Shown here: piece by piece, positions 54,709 through 62,262 of the stretch
Layout: each line of letters begins with the position of its first letter
How positions within the stretch are numbered: position 1 is the first letter of the stretch
IMG/VR virus record: IMGVR_UViG_3300033075_001328
Span: 8,153 to 72,152 of that record
Source: a virus
Taxonomy: Duplodnaviria; Caudoviricetes
Length of the DNA stretch: 64,000 nucleotides
Direction: 5' to 3' (one strand)
Program-made: the position numbers and the translations under genes
The notes under the pieces: generated by a model
The model's input: the letters and a program-made list of their open reading frames with translations, nothing else
Databases searched by the model: none
Told to the model about the DNA's origin: nothing

Positions 54709-55017
54709 TTAGTTACGCCAAGTAAGAACTTTTACAGCCCACATTTGCGCGGTTTGTATCTGCCTTATAGCGTACTCTATTATTTCTCGCTCCTCAAGTG
54801 TTCTTGCACCACTCAGTCTATCGTGTAATTGGTTTATAGAGCAAGCAAACCGATGCTTACAATCGTATACCTCATCTGTTTTACTTGGATTAAAGTCCAA
54901 GCCAACTGCACGTGCGCCATAGGTGTTTTCAATATTACCTTCCTTTACCACACTTTGAGCAGTAGCATCTACCTCTTGTCCTAAAAATTTCCCTTGATTT
55001 TCATCTTTGTTATTCAT
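54709..55017 (-). CDS. Acb2/Tad1-like helical hairpin protein (candidate)
   Basis: GARAVGLDFNPS ... AIRQIQTAQMWAVKVLTW; family recalled from memory, not searched. Confidence 0.5.
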   Translation of the reverse strand: MNNKDENQGKFLGQEVDATAQSVVKEGNIENTYGARAVGLDFNPSKTDEVYDCKHRFACSINQLHDRLSGARTLEEREIIEYAIRQIQTAQMWAVKVLTWRN

Positions 55018-55062
55018 ATTGTTTTGTTTTTAGTTACTCTATCAGTTTTGACCTGTTATTGG

Positions 55063-55815
55063 TTAGTTACTTACTTGATTAGCCACTAGCTCATCATTAG
55101 CCTCATCGCCCCATGCTGTTATTATTAAGTATCCGCCTTTAACTTCGCATAATACAATAGGGTCTAAATCAACTTGTCCTTTGGCTGGAGCTTCTATTTC
55201 TTTTACCTTTATTATTCGCGCATCTGTTTCTGAAAATGCAGCCTCTGAAAATAATGGCTTGATAGCTGCGATAGAAAATGGAGACACGTTGTTTCGGCTC
55301 ATGCCATTTAGGCGATTCAGTAAATCCTCCATATTATGCATGGTATTTTCACCATATACAGACATATAAAAGTTATTCTCATCATACCGTCCATACTGTC
55401 TAGTCTCTTCAATTATTCTGGTCAATACATCTTCCTCATAATTAAGGTCTTTTATGTCTACCTTAAAATTCATAAGGTCGCGCACGTTCTTTTCTGGGAT
55501 GTCGCCAATAAATTGTTCTAGCGGCCTTACATATAGATTATACCTTTCGCACACCCTTTCCAGTTGTGGCAGCAATATAAACTTGGCATATACTCCATAC
55601 TTATGCATGTATGTTTTTACGAGATTAGAAGACCCTGCTACTCCCAAGTACAGTCTAGTGGCTATACTATTTGTAAAACCTATTCTTTCTAAGAAAGAAC
55701 CCTTAGTAGCGAAATCTTTGTAGTCATGCTCTTTAGCCAAAAGCATGCTTTCCTTTTCAAGCTCTGCATGAACGTCTTTGAATGTGAGCTTTCTTGTTGC
55801 TGCAACTGTTTCCAT
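55063..55815 (-). CDS. conserved phage hypothetical protein
   Basis: GDIPEKN, DPIVL, YLIITAWGDEA. Confidence 0.75.
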   Translation of the reverse strand: METVAATRKLTFKDVHAELEKESMLLAKEHDYKDFATKGSFLERIGFTNSIATRLYLGVAGSSNLVKTYMHKYGVYAKFILLPQLERVCERYNLYVRPLEQFIGDIPEKNVRDLMNFKVDIKDLNYEEDVLTRIIEETRQYGRYDENNFYMSVYGENTMHNMEDLLNRLNGMSRNNVSPFSIAAIKPLFSEAAFSETDARIIKVKEIEAPAKGQVDLDPIVLCEVKGGYLIITAWGDEANDELVANQVSN

Positions 55816-55955
55816 TGTATTCTATTTTGGATAATTAATAAATCATGATATTGATGGCAATTACCGCAGTATTCATAACGAATATCATTAGGATTATAAC
55901 TAACCATGCTACATACAGGGCATTTTATAAATGGTTGTTTGTTTTTCATTATCAT
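55689..55955 (-). CDS. Zn-ribbon protein
   Basis: CPVCSMVSYNPNDIRYEYCGNCH; 3' end overlaps the next gene by 127 nt. Confidence 0.6.
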   Translation of the reverse strand: MIMKNKQPFIKCPVCSMVSYNPNDIRYEYCGNCHQYHDLLIIQNRIQWKQLQQQESSHSKTFMQSLKRKACFWLKSMTTKISLLRVLS

Positions 55956-56467
55956 CTTTTTATCGAATCCAATTGCTTTTGCAATTCCTTCAATGGGTCA
56001 AGTTTAGTCCTGTCGCCGTTAAAGAATTTCTCCACGTTTATAAAGTACCTTCCATTACCACCAACACCACGGAAAATAAAATCATTGGCAAGTAAATCAG
56101 CTATACCGTCATAAACAGATACTTTTGTCGTATATCCACATTCCTCGGCACAAACTTTCGCATCAATATAGATTTCGTCCTTGTCCCGCTTCACGTTTTT
56201 CCAAATATACACCAACACCCTCATACCGCTGTTGCTCAACTTTGCAAGGTCGTCAAAACTATCATTGAACACTTTCACAAAGTGCTTGTTGTCGTATATT
56301 TTTTTTGCGCCGTTTGCCAGCTTTTGAATCCTAGCAACAACCTCACCGCCCTCATCCACAACTACAGAAGGGTCGTCCAACTTCGCCCCTCCAACAGACA
56401 CCCCTTTCAACTTAACAACCGACGAAGGGTTTTCTAAAAACGAAGGGAAATTGTTTATTCTACTCAT
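55952..56467 (-). CDS. RepL/RepA-like winged-helix replication protein
   Basis: FVKVF, LSNSGMRVLVYI, SVYDGIADL, YFINVEKFFNGDR; start moved to MSRINN, 7 nt after TACCTTTG (56475-56482). Confidence 0.62.
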   Translation of the reverse strand: MSRINNFPSFLENPSSVVKLKGVSVGGAKLDDPSVVVDEGGEVVARIQKLANGAKKIYDNKHFVKVFNDSFDDLAKLSNSGMRVLVYIWKNVKRDKDEIYIDAKVCAEECGYTTKVSVYDGIADLLANDFIFRGVGGNGRYFINVEKFFNGDRTKLDPLKELQKQLDSIKR

Positions 56468-56509
56468 CTGCCAACAAAGGTAAATAAAATAAACTACTTT
56501 ACAAAACAT

Positions 56510-57360
56510 TTACTTGAATAAAATCTCGACTAGTAAATGAAACACCACACTGGAGTTTATGAAACGTAAACTTTTATACCCACACTACGCTGAATATCAA
56601 CTATTTGTATTTTCTCTCTTACTTATAAGTATTATAAGAGGGAGGTTTTGTATTTAATGAAAAATCCCGATACGGGAATCCCCATAACGGATACCTTAAT
56701 TCCGTGTAATCCCACAGGTTTAGCCCTCTCGCGCCCAAATACCCCGTTTTAAGCACGATAAGCCTTGCGCGGACTAAGTCCTGCCAAATAGGTTTAATGC
56801 GGTAAAATAGGGGTTTGTGTGATAAATACGGGTATTGGATGAAATCTGTGCGGATAACGGGTAAGGTCGGATATTTTGGTTCAATTGGGTGTGAAATGAT
56901 GAGGTGAACCCCCTATTTTTTTCGCGCAACGCTCAGGGGAAATCGGTTTTTTCAACCCAAGGGGGTCAAAATCTGCCAAAGGAATCTATTACCTATGTTA
57001 AAATAAGCGCACAAACCAACCTTTTGGCGCATAAACCTAATAAACTAGGCACAGCTATATAAACTCTATAAACCTCGCTAAAATGCATGTTTAAATGCGT
57101 TATACATATGGTGAACGCAAACGTGTACTATGCGCATACTCGCGCCGAACCATTGCGCCTCATAGCTAGCGTATTGCATTAACTTAAACGGACATTTAGG
57201 ACTGTGCAATTTAGGGCTAAAACAGCATACATATACGCCATAAACTATAATTGTTAAATTATCAACAGCATAAACTATTGATTATGTGCGAGTTGTGAGA
57301 TTTTAGGTTAGATAAAATCGTAATTTCGCCTCACCTATTTACATTTTTAGGCTAATCTAA
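56510..57360. other. long non-coding region: origin and/or genome terminus candidate
   Basis: About 850 bp without a plausible ORF; G/T-rich to A/C-rich switch near 56930; six ATAAACY heptamers; several palindromes. Confidence 0.55.
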
Positions 57361-57374
57361 ATTACATTTGACAT

Positions 57375-57782
57375 ATGGAAATAAACGAGCCATGTAGCGT
57401 TTACATACTTAATGCAGCCACTCACGCAGTCGTTTCAGTTTATGCCACTTATAAAGTAAAGCACGATGCTTTACGTGTGTTGTTGGCTGTTGACGGGTGT
57501 TGTTGTGATAAAGGGGAAGCGTATTTGGCTGATGTTTGTCTATACGCTGGCTTACATTACCTAACAGTTGCCAAGCGTTTGTTGGAGTTTACTAAATGGG
57601 GTTATGTTACGCGTACGGGCCGCGCATGCCAATACAATTATGCGTTGACACAAAGCGGCTTGAATGTTGTTCAACACTACTACAACACCATTGAGGCGAT
57701 AAGGGGCGATAAGAATAAACCTAAAAAGCCCGAAACGAACGGGCATAGGGTAGCGAAGAAAAAGCGTGACACAACGTTATAG
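57375..57782 (+). CDS. winged-helix (MarR-like) DNA-binding protein
   Basis: YLTVAKRLLEFTKWGYVTR...YALTQSG; TACATTTG 57363-57370 immediately upstream. Confidence 0.65.
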   Translation: MEINEPCSVYILNAATHAVVSVYATYKVKHDALRVLLAVDGCCCDKGEAYLADVCLYAGLHYLTVAKRLLEFTKWGYVTRTGRACQYNYALTQSGLNVVQHYYNTIEAIRGDKNKPKKPETNGHRVAKKKRDTTL

Positions 57783-57814
57783 GTACTGATATACTAGTTA
57801 CAGCAGAATGATTT

Positions 57815-57991
57815 TTGGGCGTTTTAATAGGAATAGGTACATTGTACTACACATACTTAGATTCTAAAGGTGCAAACGAACCTGCCAAACAAAATTCAAC
57901 ACAACAATTAGAATCAACATCCAAATCAGCCCCGTTGGAACATTTGAAGGACTCTTTGCCCAAAGCCAAATCTGATACAATAAAAAAGTGA
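57815..57991 (+). CDS. possible small membrane-anchored protein (TTG start)
   Basis: GVLIGIGTLYYTYL followed by a polar tail; start uncertain. Confidence 0.3.
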   Translation: MGVLIGIGTLYYTYLDSKGANEPAKQNSTQQLESTSKSAPLEHLKDSLPKAKSDTIKK

Positions 57992-58006
57992 TTTTACCCC
58001 TCATGG

Positions 58007-58237
58007 TCAAACTTGTATAAGTTGTTCTTTTATTGTTGTGGTAAATAGCCCTTTACATAACATTGTTTCAAAAGGTGATGGAGCGAGTCTGCTATAGTAT
58101 CTAACCATTGCATTCATTAGTTTAGCCCTAAATTCGGCTTGTATTATTTCAAACCTCATAGCCCTACACTTGTGCATATACGTGTGGCGTATAGCTATTC
58201 TTTTCTTTACCGCTTGCTTTTTAGCTTTACCTTTCAT
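58007..58237 (-). CDS. basic hypothetical protein
   Basis: 76 aa. Confidence 0.5.
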   Translation of the reverse strand: MKGKAKKQAVKKRIAIRHTYMHKCRAMRFEIIQAEFRAKLMNAMVRYYSRLAPSPFETMLCKGLFTTTIKEQLIQV

Positions 58238-58490
58238 GGCTTATCAGTTTTATACTCCATTTGCGCTTATCTACTTTGACGCTCTCGCTATAAATACCAT
58301 GCTCTAGGTACAGCCTTTGCATTACTATTCTCAACATTCTTTCGCTCTCTCTATCTCTGTTTCTTTTTTCTTCTACACCATAGAAATAGTGAGGCGATAT
58401 AAATGCTTCTTGGTTGCTAAACAACACTTGAATAATATCATCTATTTGGCGCGTTGTGCGACCTGTCCGCCTATGTTTGTCTATATACAT
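58227..58490 (-). CDS. hypothetical protein
   Basis: RRTGRTTRQID (P-loop-like N-terminus). Confidence 0.6.
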   Translation of the reverse strand: MYIDKHRRTGRTTRQIDDIIQVLFSNQEAFISPHYFYGVEEKRNRDRESERMLRIVMQRLYLEHGIYSESVKVDKRKWSIKLISHER

Positions 58491-58491
58491 C

Positions 58492-58584
58492 TTATTTCTT
58501 TTTCCTCGTTACCACAATAACGGCACACGCCATGAACAGTATAGCGCATAAGGTTAGTATATAGGTTATATTGTCGGTTATCAT
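58492..58584 (-). CDS. 30-aa single-TM micropeptide (not in the ORF track)
   Basis: MITDNITYILTLCAILFMACAVIVVTRKKK; fills the gap exactly. Confidence 0.55.
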   Translation of the reverse strand: MITDNITYILTLCAILFMACAVIVVTRKKK

Positions 58585-58587
58585 GGG

Positions 58588-59061
58588 TTAAGCATTAATA
58601 AAGTTTAGTCTTGCAAACTCTCCGTGGTGTATTTTTGCTTCGGCATCATACGCTTTAGCTGCGTCTATTTCGTTATTAAACAGCCCTAAATGCCTTTGCC
58701 TGCCTTTTACAACAATAGCCGCCCTCCATTTTCCGTGTAACTTATTTACTCCTAAATACTTAGACGTTCCGCGCGGTCTTTTGTTTATTTGATTCTGCGA
58801 GGGTGTGCATGGACGAAGATTTTCTTTTTGATTATTTAATCCATTTCCGTCTTTATGGTCAACCCAAACTTTAGAATCTATTAAGCATGCCATATATCGG
58901 TGCATCGTAACCCATTTTCCAGAATCCCTACATCTCATAGCAACATATCCACGTCTATAACTCCAGTTAAATTGATTTAAAAAGTCATAGTCATCATCAT
59001 CTACTAAGGCATAGAAGTTTTTAAACTTTCCGCGAACCCTGCTTAAAAAAATCTCCCTCAT
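58588..59061 (-). CDS. HNH-AP2 homing endonuclease
   Basis: MHR, VDHKDGNGLNNQKENLR, SKYLGV, HLGLFNNEIDAAKAYD. Confidence 0.92.
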   Translation of the reverse strand: MREIFLSRVRGKFKNFYALVDDDDYDFLNQFNWSYRRGYVAMRCRDSGKWVTMHRYMACLIDSKVWVDHKDGNGLNNQKENLRPCTPSQNQINKRPRGTSKYLGVNKLHGKWRAAIVVKGRQRHLGLFNNEIDAAKAYDAEAKIHHGEFARLNFINA

Positions 59062-59261
59062 TAATGCAGTTTTATTTTCATTCCAATAGCCGCCGTATAT
59101 TCTAGTAGGCTATCAATCGTGTAATTCTTATTGCCAGCCTCAATATCAGCTAACTGCTTATAAGTCAATTTCACACCGCGCTTAGTTATGGCGTTATACC
59201 TAGTAATATTGTTTGCCTCTCTAAATTGCGTAATTGCGCGCCCTATTTCTTGTTTACTCAT
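59061..59261 (-). CDS. XRE-like HTH regulator
   Basis: YKQLADIEAGNKNYTIDSLLEY. Confidence 0.75.
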   Translation of the reverse strand: MSKQEIGRAITQFREANNITRYNAITKRGVKLTYKQLADIEAGNKNYTIDSLLEYTAAIGMKIKLH

Positions 59262-59281
59262 ATATTATTATAGTTAAGCCA

Positions 59282-59390
59282 CAAATATAGCAATTATAGC
59301 AATAGTAATAATTTTGTGTTATCAACACTATATGTTTATAAGTATTAGTAACATTTATTTGGTAGTATGCGTAAAGTGTTATTATATTTG
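59282..59390. promoter_or_regulatory. divergent early promoters
   Basis: Minus TATATTTG 59282-59289; plus TATATTTG 59383-59390. Confidence 0.65.
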
Positions 59391-59411
59391 TGTCAACAAA
59401 ACGGAATAGAT

Positions 59412-59909
59412 ATGAAAGCAATAATCAAAAGAGCGTTACCATTAGATGTTAGATATACTGTAATAGATAAAAAGTATATATCGTTAGTTGACGGATTTGG
59501 TTGCACTTGTGATAATTGCGGAAAACTAATAGCCAACATAGCTATAGTTAAAAGCGTGAACGGAGTTTACAATATCGGATTTGATTGCTTAGAAACGTTC
59601 TTAATGAATAATAACTTATTGGACGGATTCACATCTGAAAATTTAGACAATGTAAGGCATAATATAAAAACATCATTAAGGTTTGCAAAACACGTTCGTG
59701 AAGTTATGGATATGAACAGCGCCAATCCAATAACAGGAATAAAATTTACAGGCTTGCAATATGGTACTTGGGTTGAGTTTTATTGGCTTACCAACGGAAC
59801 AACTGACAGCCGTAATAACAGCAACTTTAAAGTAAAAAACATAGACTACAACTTCTTTATTGACACAGTTAGAAATATATTTTTAAAACTGGACATTATA
59901 GAGGCTTAA
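59412..59909 (+). CDS. Zn-finger hypothetical protein
   Basis: CTCDNCG ... GFDC; start moved downstream of the promoter box. Confidence 0.65.
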   Translation: MKAIIKRALPLDVRYTVIDKKYISLVDGFGCTCDNCGKLIANIAIVKSVNGVYNIGFDCLETFLMNNNLLDGFTSENLDNVRHNIKTSLRFAKHVREVMDMNSANPITGIKFTGLQYGTWVEFYWLTNGTTDSRNNSNFKVKNIDYNFFIDTVRNIFLKLDIIEA

Positions 59910-59967
59910 TCAATCGGAATTCAATTCACAATCAACCAACCGAGGCGAAACGGATAACGCAAACAAT

Positions 59968-60501
59968 ATGATAACTACAATAACAGATTACAACAATCAG
60001 GCAAATGATTTTCTAACTGCTACAGGCGTAACTATTTCAATAGTATTTGACCGCCACGGCAAACACTTTGAAGGCGACACACAAGAGCGCGATATTTATA
60101 ATGTAACTATTAGGCGCGGTACACGTTCATTTTCTTTTAAGTTTGGCGCGTCTATCAACGACAGCGGTATAGTGTATATAGGCAACAACCCAAAACCTAC
60201 AGGCGCAACGCTATTTAATCATAAAGGCTATCATTGTGTTTCTGCACATTATGCAAAACAGCTATTCAATAAAGCTAGCATAAAAGTACTGACTAAACGC
60301 AGCGAACCGACGGAATACGATGTGCTAACCTGCCTTCAAAAATACGATGTTGGCACGTTTGAAAACTTCTGTAATGAGTTTGGATATGATACGGACAGCC
60401 GCAAAGCAGAAAAGACGTATCAGGCGGTATGCGAAGAATATAAAAACGTTTGCACTATTTGGAACGATGCCGAAATGGAGCAATTGCAAGAAATACAATA
60501 A
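59968..60501 (+). CDS. conserved phage hypothetical protein
   Basis: YDVLTCL...FENFCNEFGYDTDSRKA. Confidence 0.75.
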   Translation: MITTITDYNNQANDFLTATGVTISIVFDRHGKHFEGDTQERDIYNVTIRRGTRSFSFKFGASINDSGIVYIGNNPKPTGATLFNHKGYHCVSAHYAKQLFNKASIKVLTKRSEPTEYDVLTCLQKYDVGTFENFCNEFGYDTDSRKAEKTYQAVCEEYKNVCTIWNDAEMEQLQEIQ

Positions 60502-60547
60502 CCTTCTTGTTTGATTGGCGCACGGTGCAACACTTCACCGATTTTTC

Positions 60548-60854
60548 AACCTAGTAAATCAAGTTGCAAAAACTTAAAACCCCTTAAAATATGTACATCG
60601 AATTTAAACCTAAAGATAAAGATCAAGACCGTTATTGTAAGCATCAAAAAATAAGGTTTGATATTGGCGCTCCCACATACGAGGCACAACTTAACTTACA
60701 TCACGCGGGCTTTATTTATATAGACCAATATTATTGCGAAAAACCAGACGGGACAAAGGCTTATTGCGTGGACGGCGAAAGGTTGGATTATAGATTATTC
60801 AAAGACCGCTCCCCTATAGAAGCTTATATTGATATTTTTTAACCTAGTAAATCA
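60548..60854 (+). repeat. 14-bp direct repeat AACCTAGTAAATCA (60548-60561 and 60841-60854) flanking ORF 60591..60842
   Basis: Exact match. Confidence 0.85.
60591..60842 (+). CDS. hypothetical protein
   Basis: 83 aa. Confidence 0.6.
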   Translation: MYIEFKPKDKDQDRYCKHQKIRFDIGAPTYEAQLNLHHAGFIYIDQYYCEKPDGTKAYCVDGERLDYRLFKDRSPIEAYIDIF

Positions 60855-60861
60855 GTATAAA

Positions 60862-61170
60862 ATGAAATCAATAGATCTATCTTACGGTTATAATAGCAAT
60901 GAACAAATTGAAGTGCCACACGAAAGCGGCGGCACAATTCAGGTGTGGACAAAGCAGCATAATAAAGTTCCGCACGGGGCGCAATATGTTGACTTAAACC
61001 CTAATGGCACTTTGTGCATGTTCTACAGGGTCAAAATTGTCCAAATCAACAATGGCACAACTCGCAGGTGTTTAGAATACCTAAGTAGCTTCAATGTGTG
61101 GACGCCGTCTAGTTATAGCGAAACAGAATTATTAGCCCGCGAAGAGATTCGCCAAATACTACAACCATGA
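60862..61170 (+). CDS. hypothetical protein
   Basis: Start moved to MKSIDL. Confidence 0.6.
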   Translation: MKSIDLSYGYNSNEQIEVPHESGGTIQVWTKQHNKVPHGAQYVDLNPNGTLCMFYRVKIVQINNGTTRRCLEYLSSFNVWTPSSYSETELLAREEIRQILQP

Positions 61171-61355
61171 AACTCCACCACAACCCAGTTTTATTGCTAC
61201 TTATAGCCGCGTTCTTAATGAACTGCCACATAGTGGCACAGCCCAAATTTAACCACTATGTTTTGCGCTGGTGCAATACCTATGCGATAACCATTAACGA
61301 GGGCGATATAACAGTAGTTACGCCCGAAACATTAAATAACGAAGTAAACCGATAA
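61167..61355 (+). CDS. small protein with hydrophobic N-terminus
   Basis: VLLLLIAAFLM; ATGA coupled. Confidence 0.55.
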   Translation: MKLHHNPVLLLLIAAFLMNCHIVAQPKFNHYVLRWCNTYAITINEGDITVVTPETLNNEVNR

Positions 61356-61358
61356 ACT

Positions 61359-61520
61359 ATGAATATACACGACAAAATAAACAGGCGTGGCGGGATAATA
61401 CCTGTAGACTTAGCAGAAAATAGCACTTGGTTTGCTCATAAATTAGCTAGATGGCAAATGAAGGCTTACTTAAAATTACGCAGATTGAGAAAAATTAAAA
61501 AAGATACAGTGCATTTTTGA
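61359..61520 (+). CDS. small basic protein (not in the ORF track)
   Basis: MNIHDKINRRGGIIPVDLAENSTWFAHKLARWQMKAYLKLRRLRKIKKDTVHF. Confidence 0.45.
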   Translation: MNIHDKINRRGGIIPVDLAENSTWFAHKLARWQMKAYLKLRRLRKIKKDTVHF

Positions 61521-61657
61521 ACACTATAACCCCTAACCAATGGCAACCCTACCACAAATATTAACCATATCGGGCGAAACGCTCGTGTACCAAGTCCACT
61601 TTGGCGGATTTGGATTTATTCACCTTAATTAATTCATAAACTATAAAATCAAACAAA

Positions 61658-62212
61658 ATGGGAACAAGAAACCTAACCTTAGTAAAATCAAAAGGTAAAA
61701 CCAAAATTGCACAATACGGACAATGGGATGGCTATCCAAGCGGCCAAGGAGCAACCGCCCTAAATTTTCTGCTAAATGCAGATTTAGTAAAGTTTACCGA
61801 AAAGGTGGATAAACTACAATTTTACACAGATGCGGAAATTAACGCAATGAGTGTCGCGGAATGGAGCATTAAAAAATGGTTAAGCCGTGACAGAGGAGCA
61901 GAAATATTGGAACTTGTCTATAATGATAAGGCAGGTAAACTAATGAATAAAGAAGCGTTTGCAGCCGATAGCCTTTTCTGTGAATGGGCGTATGTAATTG
62001 ACCTTGATAAAAACACTTTCGAGGTTTACGAAGGCTTTAATCAAACTCCACTAGAACCTTCGGAGCGTTTTTATGGCGATGGCGGTGCTAAAAATGGCTA
62101 CTATCCAATAAGGCATGTTAAAACATTCAGCCTTTCTGAACTTCCAACCGAAGAACAGTTTTTAAAGGAGCTTGAGCCATCAGAAGAAACAGAAGAAAAC
62201 GAAGTATTATAA
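61658..62212 (+). CDS. widespread phage hypothetical protein (MGTR...WDGYP family)
   Basis: MGTRNL...YGQWDGYPSGQG ... EWAYVIDLD. Confidence 0.8.
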   Translation: MGTRNLTLVKSKGKTKIAQYGQWDGYPSGQGATALNFLLNADLVKFTEKVDKLQFYTDAEINAMSVAEWSIKKWLSRDRGAEILELVYNDKAGKLMNKEAFAADSLFCEWAYVIDLDKNTFEVYEGFNQTPLEPSERFYGDGGAKNGYYPIRHVKTFSLSELPTEEQFLKELEPSEETEENEVL

Positions 62213-62220
62213 ACCACATT

Positions 62221-62248
62221 AAGCCGCTCAACATAGGGCGGCTTTTTT
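62221..62248 (+). terminator. intrinsic terminator upstream of the integrase
   Basis: AAGCCGC/GCGGCTT stem followed by TTTT. Confidence 0.75.
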
Positions 62249-62262
62249 AACCTCTTAATATT

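Noticed and set aside
827-60842. Integron-like attC cassettes suggested by frequent TAA-C(C) stop contexts
   Set aside because: No attC-type hairpins or GTTRRRY partner sites; TAAC can arise from A/C-rich Bacteroidota intergenic bias
61540-61632. 30-aa ORF and CGGGC-GAAAC-GCTCG boxB-like hairpin (GGCGAAAC also near 59945)
   Set aside because: Too short to distinguish from chance; no boxA or N-like antiterminator identified
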